From NCBI RefSeq assembly GCF_009914755.1, contig NC_060942.1: a stretch of 64,000 nucleotides of DNA; one strand, written 5' to 3'. Shown here one piece after another: positions 1 through 12,000 of the stretch. The position numbers and the translations under genes are program-made. How positions within the stretch are numbered: the stretch's first letter is position 1; every line of letters starts with the position of its first letter. This DNA comes from the human T2T-CHM13v2.0 reference genome, Homo sapiens. The notes below the pieces were generated by a model. That model saw only the letters and a program-made list of their open reading frames with translations. It was not told the DNA's origin and did not search any database.

Positions 1-145
1 CATAACAACTAGACAGAAGCATTCTCAGAAACTTGTTTGTGATGTGTGCCCTCTACTGACAGAGTTGAACCTTTCTTTTCATAGAGCAGTTTCGAAACAC
101 TCTTTTTGTAGAATCTGCAAGAGGATATTTGCATAGCTCTGAGGA

Positions 146-162
146 TTTCGTGGGAAACGGGA
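146..162 (+). promoter_or_regulatory. CENP-B box (monomer a variant TTTCGTGGGAAACGGGA); one example of ~189 box positions spaced every ~338 bp
   Basis: Matches the established CENP-B core nTTCGnnnnAnnCGGGn. Boxes lie in monomers a, c, e, g and i of every HOR. Confidence 0.93.
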
Positions 163-829
163 TTGTCTTCAGGTAAAATCTAGAAAGAAGCATTCTCAGA
201 AACTTCTTTGGGATGTTTGCATTCAAGTCACAGAGTAGAACATTCCCTTTGGTAGAGCAGGTTTGAAACACTCTTTTTGTAGTATCTGGAAGTGGACATT
301 TGTTGCGCTTTCAGGCCTATGTTGGAAAGGGAAATATCTTCCCGTAACAACTAGGCAGAAGCATTCTCAGAAACTTATTTGAGATGTGTGTACTCAACTA
401 AGAGAATTGAACCACCGTTTTGAAGGAGCAGTTTGGAAACACTCTTTTTCTGGAATCTGCAAGAGGATATTTGCCTAGCTTTGAGGATTTCTTTGGAAAC
501 GGGATTGTCTTCAGATCTAATCTAGACAGAAGCATTCTCAGAAACTTCTTTGGGATGTTTGCATTCAAGTCACAGAGTAGAACATTCCCTTTGGTAGAGC
601 AGGTTTGAAACACTCTTTTTTTAGTATATGGAAGTGGACATTTGGAGCGCTTTCAGGCCTACGTTGGAAAAGGAAATATCTTCCCATAACAACTAGACAG
701 AAGCATTCTCAGAAACTAGTTTCTGATGTGTGTCCTCAACTAACACAGTTGAACATTTCTTTAGACAGAACAGTTTTGAAACACTCATTTTGTGGAATCT
801 GCAAGTGGATATTTGGCTAGATTTGAGGA

Positions 830-846
830 TTTCGTTGGAAACGGGA
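830..846 (+). promoter_or_regulatory. CENP-B box, canonical (monomer c, TTTCGTTGGAAACGGGA)
   Basis: Exact match to YTTCGTTGGAARCGGGA. Confidence 0.95.
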
Positions 847-1505
847 TTACGTATAAAAAGCAGACAGCAGCATTCTCAGAAACTTCTTTGTGATGATTGC
901 ATTCAAGTCACATAATTGAACATTCCCTTTCACAGAGTAGGTTTGAAACACTCTTTTTGTAGTGTGTGTAAGTGGACATTTGGAGCGCTTTCCGGCCTAA
1001 GGTGAACAAGGAAATATCTTCCCATAAAAACTAGACAAAAGCATTCTCAGAAACTTACTCGTGATGTGTGTCCTCAACTAAAGGAGTAGAACGTATCTTT
1101 TCATAGAGAAGTTTTGAAACGCTCTTTTTGTGGAATCTGCAAGTGGATATTTGGCTAGTTTTGAAGATTTCGTTGGAAGCGGTAATTCATACAAATTTCA
1201 GACTGCAGCGTTCTGAGAAACATCATTGTGATGTTTGTATTCAGGACACAGAGTTGAGCATTCCCTATCATAGAGCAGGTTTGAATCACTCCTTTTGTAG
1301 TATCTGGAAGTGGACATTTGCAGCGCTTTCAGGCCTATGTTGGAAAAGGAAATATCTTCCCATAACAACTAGACAGAAGCATTCTCAGAAACTTATTTGA
1401 GATGTGTGTACTCAACTAAGAGAATTGAACCACCGTTTTGAAGGAGCAGTTTTGAAACACTCTTTTTCTGGAATCTGCAAGTGGATATTTGGCTAGCTTT
1501 GGGGA

Positions 1506-1522
1506 TTTCGCTGGAAGCGGGA
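1506..1522 (+). promoter_or_regulatory. CENP-B box variant (monomer g, TTTCGCTGGAAGCGGGA)
   Basis: All nine core positions are intact. The T>C change is at a non-core position. Confidence 0.9.
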
Positions 1523-1670
1523 ATACATAAAAAATCACACAGCAGCGTTCTGAGAAATTGATTTCTGATGTTTGCATTCAAGTCAAAAATTGAACACTCC
1601 CTTTCATAGAGCAGTCTTGAAACACCCCTTGTGTAGTATCTGGAACTGGACATTTGGAGCGCTTTCAGGG

Positions 1671-1687
1671 CTAAGGTGAAAAAGGAA
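1671..1687 (+). promoter_or_regulatory. pJalpha-type (A-box) motif in monomer h, ctaaggtgaaaaaggaa (representative)
   Basis: Occupies the position homologous to the CENP-B box in A-type monomers and resembles the pJalpha consensus. Protein binding is not demonstrable from sequence. Confidence 0.65.
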
Positions 1688-2053
1688 ATATCTTCCCATA
1701 AAAACTGGACAGAAGCATTCTCAGAAATTTGTTTATGCTGTATGTACTCAACTAACAAAGTTGAACCTTTCTTTTGATAGAGCAGTTTTGAAATGCTCTT
1801 TTTGTGGAATCTGCAAGTGGATATTTGGCTAGGTTTGAGGATTTCGTTGGAAGCGGGAATTCATACAAATTGCAGACTGCAGCGTTCTGAGAAACATCTT
1901 TGTGATGTTTGTATTCAGGACACAGAGTTGAACATTCCCTATCATAGAGCAGGTTGGAATCACTCCTTTTGTAGTATCTGGAAGTGGACATTTGGAGCGC
2001 TTTCAGGCCCATGTTGAAAAAGGAAATATCTTCCCATAACAACTAGACAGAAG

Positions 2054-3071
2054 CATTCTCAGAAACTTGTTTGAGATGTGTGCCCTCTACTGACACAGTT
2101 GAACCTTTCTTTTCATAGAGCAGTTTCGAAACACTCTTTTTGTAGAATCTGCAAGAGGATATTTGCATAGCTTTGAGGATTTCGTGGGAAACGGGATTGT
2201 CTTCAGATAAAATCTAGACAGAAGCATTCTCAGAAACTTCTTTGGGATGTTTGCATTCAAGTCACAGAGTAGAACATTCCCTTTGGTAGAGCAGGTTTGA
2301 AACACTCTTTTTTTAGTATATGGAAGTGGACATTTGGAGCGCTTTCAGGCCTACGTTGGAAAAGGAAATATCTTCCCATAACAACTAGACAGAAGCATTC
2401 TCAGAAACTAGTTTCTGATGTGTGTCCTCAACTAACACAGTTGAACATTTCTTTAGACAGAACAGTTTTGAAACACTCTTTTTGTGGAATCTGCAAGTGG
2501 ATATTTGGCTAGATTTGAGGATTTCGTTGGAAACGGGATTACATATAAAAAGCAGACAGCAGCATTCTCAGAAACTTCTTTGTGATGATTGCATTCAAGT
2601 CGCAGAATTGAACATTCCCTTTCACAGAGCAGGTTTGAAACACTCTTTTTGTAGTGTGTGTAAGTGGACATTTGGAGCGCTTTCCGGCCTAAGGTGAACA
2701 AGGAAATATCTTCCCATAAAAACTAGACAGAAGCATTCTCAGAAACTTACTCGTGATGTGTGTCCTCAACTAAAGGAGTAGAACCTTTCTTTTCATAGAG
2801 AAGTTTTGAAACGCTCTTTTTGTGGAATCTGCAAGTGGATATTTGGCTAGTTTTGAGGATTTCGTTGGAAGCGGGAATTCATACAAATTGCAGACTGCAG
2901 CGTTCTGAGAAACATCTTTGTGATGTTTGTATTCAGGACACAGAGTTGAACATTCCCTATCATAGAGCAGGTTGGAATCACTCCTTTTGTAGTATCTGGA
3001 AGTGGACATTTGGAGCGCTTTCTGGCCTATGTTGAAAAAGGAAATATCTTCCCATAACAACTAGACAGAAG
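2054..3071 (+). repeat. 6-mer HOR variant (a b c d e f/j, 1018 bp)
   Basis: Monomer-a spacing is 1018 bp (ORF-track markers 2087 and 3105). The g, h and i monomers are absent. Confidence 0.92.
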
Positions 3072-6000
3072 CATTCTCAGAAACTTGTTTGTGATGTGTG
3101 CCCTCTACTGACAGAGTTGAACCTTTCTTTTCATAGAGCAGTTTCGAAACACTCTTTTTGTAGAATCTGCAAGAGGATATTTGCATAGCTTTGAGGATTT
3201 CGTGGGTAACGGGATTGTCTTCAGGTAAAATCTAGACAGAAGCATTCTCAGAAACTTCTTTGGGATGTTTGCATTCAAGTCACAGAGTAGAACATTCCCT
3301 TTGGTAGAGCAGGTTTGAAACACTCTTTTTGTAGTATCTGGAAGTGGACATTTTGAGGGCTTTCAGGCCTACGTTGGAAAAGGAAATATCTTCCCATAAC
3401 AACTAGACAGAAGCCTTCTCAGAAACTAGTTTCTGATGTGTGTCCTCAACTAACACAGTTGAACATTTCTTTAGACAGAACAGTTTTGAAACACTCTTTT
3501 TGTGGAATCTGCAAGTGGATATTTGGCTAGATTTGAGGATTTCGTTGGAAACGGGATTAAATAAAAAAGCAGACAGCAGCATTCTCAGAAACTTCTTTGT
3601 GATGATTGTATTCAAGTCACACAATTGAACATTCCCTTTCACAGAGCAGGTTTGAAACACTCTTTTTGTAGTGTGTGTAAGTGGACATTTGGAGCGCTTT
3701 CCGGCCTAAGGTGAACAAGAAATATCTTCCCATAAAAACTAGACAGAAGCATTCTCAGAAACTTACTCGTGATGTGTGTCCTCAACTAAAGGAGTAGAAC
3801 CTTTCTTTTCATAGATAAGTTTTTAAACCCTCTTTTTGTGGAATCTGCAAGTGGATATTTGGCTGGTTTTGAGGATTTCGTTGGAAGCGGGAATTCATAC
3901 AAACTGCAGACTGCAGCGTTCTCAGAAACATCTTTGTGATGTTTGTATTCAGGACACAGAGTTGAACATTCCCTATCATAGAGCAGGTTGGAATCACTCC
4001 TTTTGTAGTATCTGGAAGTGGACATTTGGAGCGCTTTCAGGCCTATGTTGAAAAAGGAAATATCTTCCCATAACAACTAGACAGAAGCATTCTCAGAAAC
4101 TTGTTTGAGATGTGTGTACTCAACTAAGAGAATTGAACCACCGTTTTGAAGGAGCAGTTTTGAAAAACTCTTTTTCCGGAATCTGCAAGTGGATATTTGT
4201 TTAGCTTTGGGGATTTCGCTGGAAGCGGGAATACATATAAAAAGCACACAGCAGCGTTCTGAGAAATTGCTTTCTGATGTTTGCTTTCAAGTCAAAAGTT
4301 GAACACTCCCTTTCATAGAGCAGTCTTGAAACACCCCTTGTGTAGTATCTGGAACTGGACATTTGGAGCGCTTTCAGGGCTAAGGTGAAAAAGGAAATAT
4401 CTTCCCATAAAAACTGGACAGAAGCATTCTCAGAAACTTGTTTATGCTGTATTTACTCAACTAACAAGGTTGAACCTTTCTTTTGATAGAGCAGTTTTGA
4501 AATGCTCTTTTTGTGGAATCTGCAAGTGGATATTTGGCTAGGTTTGAGGATTTCGTTGGAAGCGGGAATTCATACAAATTGCAGACTGCAGCGTTCTGAG
4601 AAACATCTTTGTGATGTTTGTATTCAGGACACAGAGTTGAACATTCCCTATCATAGAGCATGTTGGAATCACTCCTTTTGTAGTATCTGGAAGTGGACAT
4701 TTGGAGCGCTTTCAGGCCTATGTTGAAAAAGGAAATATCTTCCCATAACAACTAGACAGAAGCATTCTCAGAAACTTGTTTGAGATATGTGCCCTCTACT
4801 GACACAGTTGAACCTTTCTTTTCATAGAGCAGTTTCGAAACACTCTTTTTGTAGAATCTGCAAGAGGATATTTGCATAGCTTTGAGGATTTCGTGGGAAA
4901 CGGGATTGTCTTCAGATAAAATCTAGACAGAAGCATTCTCAGAAACTTCTTTGGGATGTTTGCATTCAAGTCACAGAGTAGAACATTCCCTTTGGTAGAG
5001 CAGGTTTGAAACACTCTTTTTTTAGTATATGGAAGAGGACATTTGGAGCGCTTTCAGGCCTACGTTGGAAAAGGAAATATCTTCCCATAACAACTAGACA
5101 GAAGCATTCTCAGAAACTAGTTTCTGATGTGTGTCCTCAACTAACACAGTTGAACATTTATTTAGACAGAACAGTTTTGAAACACTCTTTTTGTGGAATC
5201 TGCAAGTGGATATTTGGCTAGATTTGAGGATTTCGTTGGAAACGGGAATACATATAAAAAGCAGACAGCAGCATTCTCAGAAACTTGTTTGTGATGATTG
5301 CATTCAAGTCACAAAATTGAACATTCCCTTTCACAGAGCAGGTTTGAAACACTCTTTTTGTAGTGTGTGTAAGTGGACATTTGGAGCGCTTTCCGGCCTA
5401 AGGTGAACGAGGAAATATCTTCCCATAAAAACTAGACAGAAGCATTCTCAGAAACTTACTCGTGATGTGTGTCCTCAACTAAAGGAGTAGAACCTTTCTT
5501 TTCATAGAGAAGTTTTGAAGCGCTCTTTTTGTGGAATCTGCAAGTGGATATTTGGCTAGTTTTGAGGATTCGTTGGAAGCGGGAATTCATACAAATTGCA
5601 GACTGCAGCGTTCTGAGAAACATATTTGTGATGTTTGTATTCAGGACACAGAGTTGAACATTCCCTTTCATAGAGCAGGTTTGAATCACTCCTTTTGTAG
5701 TATCTGGAAATGGACATTTGGAGCGCTTTCAGGCCTATGTTGGAAAAGGAAATATCTTCCCATAACAACTAGACAGAAGCATTCTCAGAAACTTGTTTGA
5801 GATGTATGTACTCAACTAAGAGAATTGAACCACCGTTTTGAAGGAGCAGTTTTGAAACACTCTTTTTCCGGAATCTGCAAGTGGATATTTGGCTAGCTTT
5901 GGGGATTTCGCTGGAAACGGGAATACATATAAAAAGGACACAGCAGCGTTCTGAGAAACTGCTTTCTGATGTTTGCATTCAATTCAAAAGTTGAACACTC

Positions 6001-9000
6001 CCTTTCATAGAGCAGTCTTGAAACAGCCCTTGTGTAGTATCTGGAACTGGACATTTGGAGCGCTTTCAGGGCTAAGGTGAAAAAGGAAATATCTTCCCAT
6101 AAAAACTGAACAGAAGCATTCTCAGAAACTTCTTTATGCTGTATCTACTCAACTAACAAAGTTGAACCTTTCTTTTGATAGAGCAGTTTTGAAATGCTCT
6201 TTCTGTGGAATCTGCAAGTGGATATTTGGCTAGGTTTGAGGATTTCGTTGGAAGCGGGAATTCATACAAATTGCAGACTGCAGCGTTCTGAGAAACATCT
6301 TTGTGATGTTTGTATTCAGGACACAGAGTTGAACATTCCCTATCATAGAGCAGGTTGGAATCACTCCTTTTGTAGTATCTGGAAGTGGACATTTGGAGCG
6401 CTTTCAGGCCTATGTTGAAAAAGGAAATATCTTCCCATAACAACTAGACAGAAGCATTCTCAGAAACTTGTTTGAGATGTGTGCCCTCTACTGACACAGT
6501 TGAACCTTTCTTTTCATAGAGCAGTTTCGAAACACTCTTTTTGTAGAATCTGCAAGAGGATATTTGCATAGCTTTGAGGATTTCGTGGGAAACGGGATTG
6601 TCTTCAGATAAAATCTAGACAGAAGCATTCTCAGAAACTTCTTTGGGATGTTTGCATTCAAGTCACAGAGTAGAACATTCCCTTTGGTAGAGCAGGTTTG
6701 AAACACTCTTTTTTTAGTATGTGGAAGTGGACATTTGGAACGCTTTCAGGCCTACGTTGGAAAAGGAAATATCTTCCCATAACAACTAGACAGAAGCATT
6801 CTCAGAAACTAGTTTCTGATGTGTGTCCTCAACTAACACAGTTGAACATTTCTTTAGACAGAACAGTTTTGAAACACTCTTTTTGTGGAATCTGCAAGTG
6901 GATATTTGGCTAGATTTGAGGATTTCGTTGGAAACGGGAATACATATAAAAAGCAGACAGCAGCATTCTCAGAAACTTGTTTGTGATGATTGCATTCAAG
7001 TCACAGAATTGAACATTCCCTTTCACAGAGCAGGTTTGAAACACTCTTTTTGTAGTGTGTGTAAGTGGACATTTGGAGCGCTTTCCGGCCTAAGGTGAAC
7101 GAGGAAATATCTTCCCATAAAAACTAGACAGAAGCATTCTCAGAAACTTACTCGTGATGTGTGTCCTCAACTAAAGGAGTAGAACCTTTCTTTTCATAGA
7201 GAAGTTTTGAAGCGCTCTTTTTGTGGAATCTGCAAGTGGATATTTGGCTAGTTTTGAGGATTCGTTGGAAGCGGGAATTCATACAAATTGCAGACTGCAG
7301 CGTTCTGAGAAACATCTTTGTGATATTTGTATTCAGGACACTGAGTTGAACATTCCCTTTCATAGAGCAGGTTTGAATCACTCCTTATGTAGTATCTGGA
7401 AGTGGACATTTGGAGCGCTTTCAGGCCTATGTTGGAAAAGGAAATATCTTCCCATAACAACTAGACAGAAGCATTCTCAGAAACTTGTTTGAGATGTATG
7501 TACTCAACTAAGAGAATTGAACCACCGTTTTGAAGGAGCAGTTTTGAAACACTCTTTTTCCGGAATCTGCAAGTGGATATTTGGCTAGCTTTGGGGATTT
7601 CGCTGGAAGCGGGAATACATATAAAAAGCACACAGCAGCGTTCTGAGAAACTGCTTTCTGATGTTTCCATTCAATTCAAAAGTTGAACACTCCCTTTCAT
7701 AGAACAGTCTTGAAACAGCCGTTGTGTAGTATCTGGAACTGGACATTTGGAGCGCTTTCAGGGCTAAGGTGAAAAAGGAAATATCTTCCCATAAAAACTG
7801 GACAGAAGCATTCTCAGAAACTTGTTTATGCTGTATCTACTCAACTAACAAAGTTGAACCTTTCTTTTGATAGAGCAGTTTTGAAATGCTCTTTCTGTGG
7901 AATCTGCAAGGGGATATTTGGCTAGGTTTGAGGATTTCGTTGGAAGCGGGAATTCATACAAATTGCAGACTGCAGCGTTCTGAGAAACATCTTTTTGATG
8001 TTTGTATTCAGGACACAGAGTTGAACATTCCCTATCATAGAGCAGGTTGGAATCACTCCTTTTGTAGTATCTGGAAGTGGACATTTGGAGCGCTTTCAGG
8101 CCTATTTTGAAAAAGTAAATATCTTCCCATAACAACTAGACAGAAGCATTCTCAGAAACTTGTTTGTGATGTGTGCCCTCTACTGACACAGTTGAACCTT
8201 TCTTTTCATAGAGCAGTTTTGAAACACTCTTTTTGTAGAATCTGCAAGAGGATATTTGCATAGCTTTGAGGATTTCGTGGGAAACGGGATTGTCTTCAGG
8301 TAAAATCTAGACAGAAGCATTCTCAGAAACTTCTTTGGGATGTTTGCATTCAAGTCACAGAGTAGAGCATTCCCTTTGGTAGAGCAGGTTTGAAACACTC
8401 TTTTTGTAGTGTGTGTAAGTGGACATTTGGAGCGCTTTGAGGCCTACGTTGGAAAAGGAAATATCTTCCCATAACAACTAGACAGAAGCATTCTCAGAAA
8501 CTAGTTTCTGATGTGTGTCCTCAACTAACACAGTTGAACATTTCTTTAGACAGAACAGTTTTGAAACACTCTTTTTGTGGAATCTGCAAGTGGATATTTG
8601 GCTAGATTTGAGGATTTCGTTGGAAACGGGATTACATATAAAAAGCAGACAGCAGCATTCTCAGAAACTTCTTTGTGATGATTGCATTCAAGTCACAGAA
8701 TTGAACATTCCCTTTCACAGAGCAGGTTTGAAACACTCTTTTTGTAGTGTGTGTAAGTGGACAGTTGGAGCGCTTTCCGGCCTAAGGTGAACAAGGAAAT
8801 ATCTTCCCATAAAAACTAGACAGAAGCATTCTCAGAAACTTACTCGTGATGTGTGTCCTCAACTAAAGGAGTAGAACCTTTCTTTTCATAGAGAAGTTTT
8901 GAAACGCTCTTTTTGTGGAATCTGCAAGTGGATATTTGGCTAGTTTGGAGGATTTCGTTGGAAGCGGGAATTCATACAAATTGCAGACTGCAGCGTTCTG

Positions 9001-12000
9001 AGAAACATCTTTGTGATGTTTGTATTCAGGACACAGAGTTGAACATTCCCTATCATAGAGCAGGTTGGAATCACTCCTTTTGTAGTATCTGGAAGTGGAC
9101 ATTTGGAGCGCTTTCAGGCCTGTGTTGGAAAAGGAAATATCTTCCCATAACAACTAGACAGAAGCATTCTCAGAAACTTATTTGAGATGTGTGTACTCAA
9201 CTAAGAGAATTGAACCACCGTTTTGAAGGAGCAGTTTTGAAACACTCTTTTTCTGGAATCTGCAAGTGGATATTTGGCTAGCTTTGTGGATTTCGCTGGA
9301 AGCGGGAACACATATAAAAAGCACACAGCAGCGTTCTGAGAAACTGCTTTCTGATGTTTGCATTCAAGTCAAAAGTTGAACAATCCCTTTCATAGAGCAG
9401 TCTTGAAACACCCCTTTTGTAGTATCAGGAACTGGACATTTGGAGCGCTTTCAGGGCTAAGGTGCAAAAGGAAATATCTTCCCATAAAAACTGGACAGAA
9501 GCATTCTCAGAAACTTGTTTATGCTGTATCTACTCAACTAACAAAGTTGAACCTTTCTTTTGATAGAGCAGTTTTGAAATGCTCTTTTTGTGGAATCTGC
9601 AAGTGGATATTTGGCTAGGTTTGAGGATTTCGTTGGAAGCGGGAATTCATACAAATTGCAGACTGCAGCGTTCTGAGAAACATCTTTGTGATGTTTGTAT
9701 TCAGGACACAGAGTTGAACATTCCCTATAATAGAGCAGGTTGGAATCACTCCTTTTGTAGTATCTGGAAGTGGACATTTGGAGCGCTTTCAGGCCTATGT
9801 TGAAAAAGGAAATACCTTCCCATAACAACTAGACAGAAGCATTCTCAGAAACTTGTTTGTGATGTGTGCCCTCTACTGACACAGTTGAACCTTTCTTTTC
9901 ATAGAGCACTTTCGAAACACTCTTTTTGTAGAATCTGCAAGAGGATATTTGCATAGCTTTGAGGATTTCGTGGGAAACGGGATTGTCTTCAGGTAAAATC
10001 TAGACAGAAGCATTCTCAGAAACTTCTTTGGGATGTTTGCATTCAAGTCACAGAGTAGAACATTCCCTTTGGTAGAGCAGGTTTGAAACACTCTTTTTGT
10101 AGTGTGTGTAAGTGGACATTTGGAGCGCTTTCAGGCCTACGTTGGAAAAGGAAATATCTTCCCATAACAACTAGACAGAAGCATTCTCAGAAACTAGTTT
10201 CTGATGTGTGTCCTCAACTAACACAGTTGAACATTTCTTTAGACAGAACAGTTTTGAAACACTCTTTTTGTGGAATCTGCAAGTGGATATTTGGCTAGAT
10301 TTGAGGATTTCGTTGGAAACGGGATTAAATAAAAAAGCAGACAGCAGCATTCTCAGAAACTTCTTTGTGATGATTGTATTCAAGTCACACAATTGAACAT
10401 TCCCTTTCACAGAGCAGGTTTGAAACACTCTTTTTGTAGTGTGTGTAAGTGGACATTTGGAGCGCTTTCCGGCCTAAGGTGAACAAGAAATATCTTCCCA
10501 TAAAAACTAGACAGAAGCATTCTCAGAAACTTACTCGTGATGTGTGTCCTCAACTAAAGGAGTAGAACCTTTCTTTTCATAGATAAGTTTTTAAACCCTC
10601 TTTTTGTGGAATCTGCAAGTGGATATTTGGCTGGTTTTGAGGATTTCGTTGGAAGCGGGAATTCATACAAACTGCAGACTGCAGCGTTCTCAGAAACATC
10701 TTTGTGATGTTTGTATTCAGGACACAGAGTTGAACATTCCCTATCATAGAGCAGGTTGGAATCACTCCTTTTGTAGTATCTGGAAGTGGACATTTGGAGC
10801 GCTTTCAGGCCTATGTTGAAAAAGGAAATATCTTCCCATAACAACTAGACAGAAGCATTCTCAGAAACTTGTTTGAGATGTGTGTACTCAACTAAGAGAA
10901 TTGAACCACCGTTTTGAAGGAGCAGTTTTGAAAAACTCTTTTTCCGGAATCTGCAAGTGGATATTTGTTTAGCTTTGGGGATTTCGCTGGAAGCGGGAAT
11001 ACATATAAAAAGCACACAGCAGCGTTCTGAGAAATTGCTTTCTGATGTTTGCTTTCAAGTCAAAAGTTGAACACTCCCTTTCATAGAGCAGTCTTGAAAC
11101 ACCCCTTGTGTAGTATCTGGAACTGGACATTTGGAGCGCTTTCAGGGCTAAGGTGAAAAAGGAAATATCTTCCCATAAAAACTGGACAGAAGCATTCTCA
11201 GAAACTTGTTTATGCTGTATTTACTCAACTAACAAGGTTGAACCTTTCTTTTGATAGAGCAGTTTTGAAATGCTCTTTTTGTGGAATCTGCAAGTGGATA
11301 TTTGGCTAGGTTTGAGGATTTCGTTGGAAGCGGGAATTCATACAAATTGCAGACTGCAGCGTTCTGAGAAACATCTTTGTGATGTTTGTATTCAGGACAC
11401 AGAGTTGAACATTCCCTATCATAGAGCAGGTTGGAATCACTCCTTTTGTAGTATCTGGAAGTGGACATTTGGAGCGCTTTCAGGCCTATGTTGAAAAAGG
11501 AAATATCTTCCCATAACAACTAGACAGAAGCATTCTCAGAAACTTGTTTGAGATATGTGCCCTCTACTGACACAGTTGAACCTTTCTTTTCATAGAGCAG
11601 TTTCGAAACACTCTTTTTGTAGAATCTGCAAGAGGATATTTGCATAGCTTTGAGGATTTCGTGGGAAACGGGATTGTCTTCAGATAAAATCTAGACAGAA
11701 GCATTCTCAGAAACTTCTTTGGGATGTTTGCATTCAAGTCACAGAGTAGAACATTCCCTTTGGTAGAGCAGGTTTGAAACACTCTTTTTTTAGTATATGG
11801 AAGAGGACATTTGGAGCGCTTTCAGGCCTACGTTGGAAAAGGAAATATCTTCCCATAACAACTAGACAGAAGCATTCTCAGAAACTAGTTTCTGATGTGT
11901 GTCCTCAACTAACACAGTTGAACATTTATTTAGACAGAACAGTTTTGAAACACTCTTTTTGTGGAATCTGCAAGTGGATATTTGGCTAGATTTGAGGATT

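Larger units (their letters stand above)
20..2053 (+). repeat. 12-mer HOR unit (2034 bp): a b' k b c d e f g h i j, D18Z1-like
   Basis: Monomer a recurs at 20 and 2054. The extra dimer b' (191-361, gttggaaagggaaatatcttcccgtaac) and k (362-532, g-like 5' part, a-like 3' part, gcctagc...cagatctaatc) occurs nowhere else in the window. EcoRI sites in monomers e and i would divide an intact 12-mer into ~0.68 + ~1.36 kb, the classical D18Z1 fragment sizes. The e site is mutated in this copy. Confidence 0.85.

Noticed and set aside
961-972. gtgtgtgt and poly-T/A runs as microsatellites or terminators
   Set aside because: They are fixed short parts of the monomer consensus, with no length expansion and no transcription-unit context.
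5560-5590. 1-bp deletion at the CENP-B box (gaggattcgttgg; also ~7257, 12333, 14025) as box loss
   Set aside because: Only the non-core first position changes. TTCG....A..CGGG remains intact.
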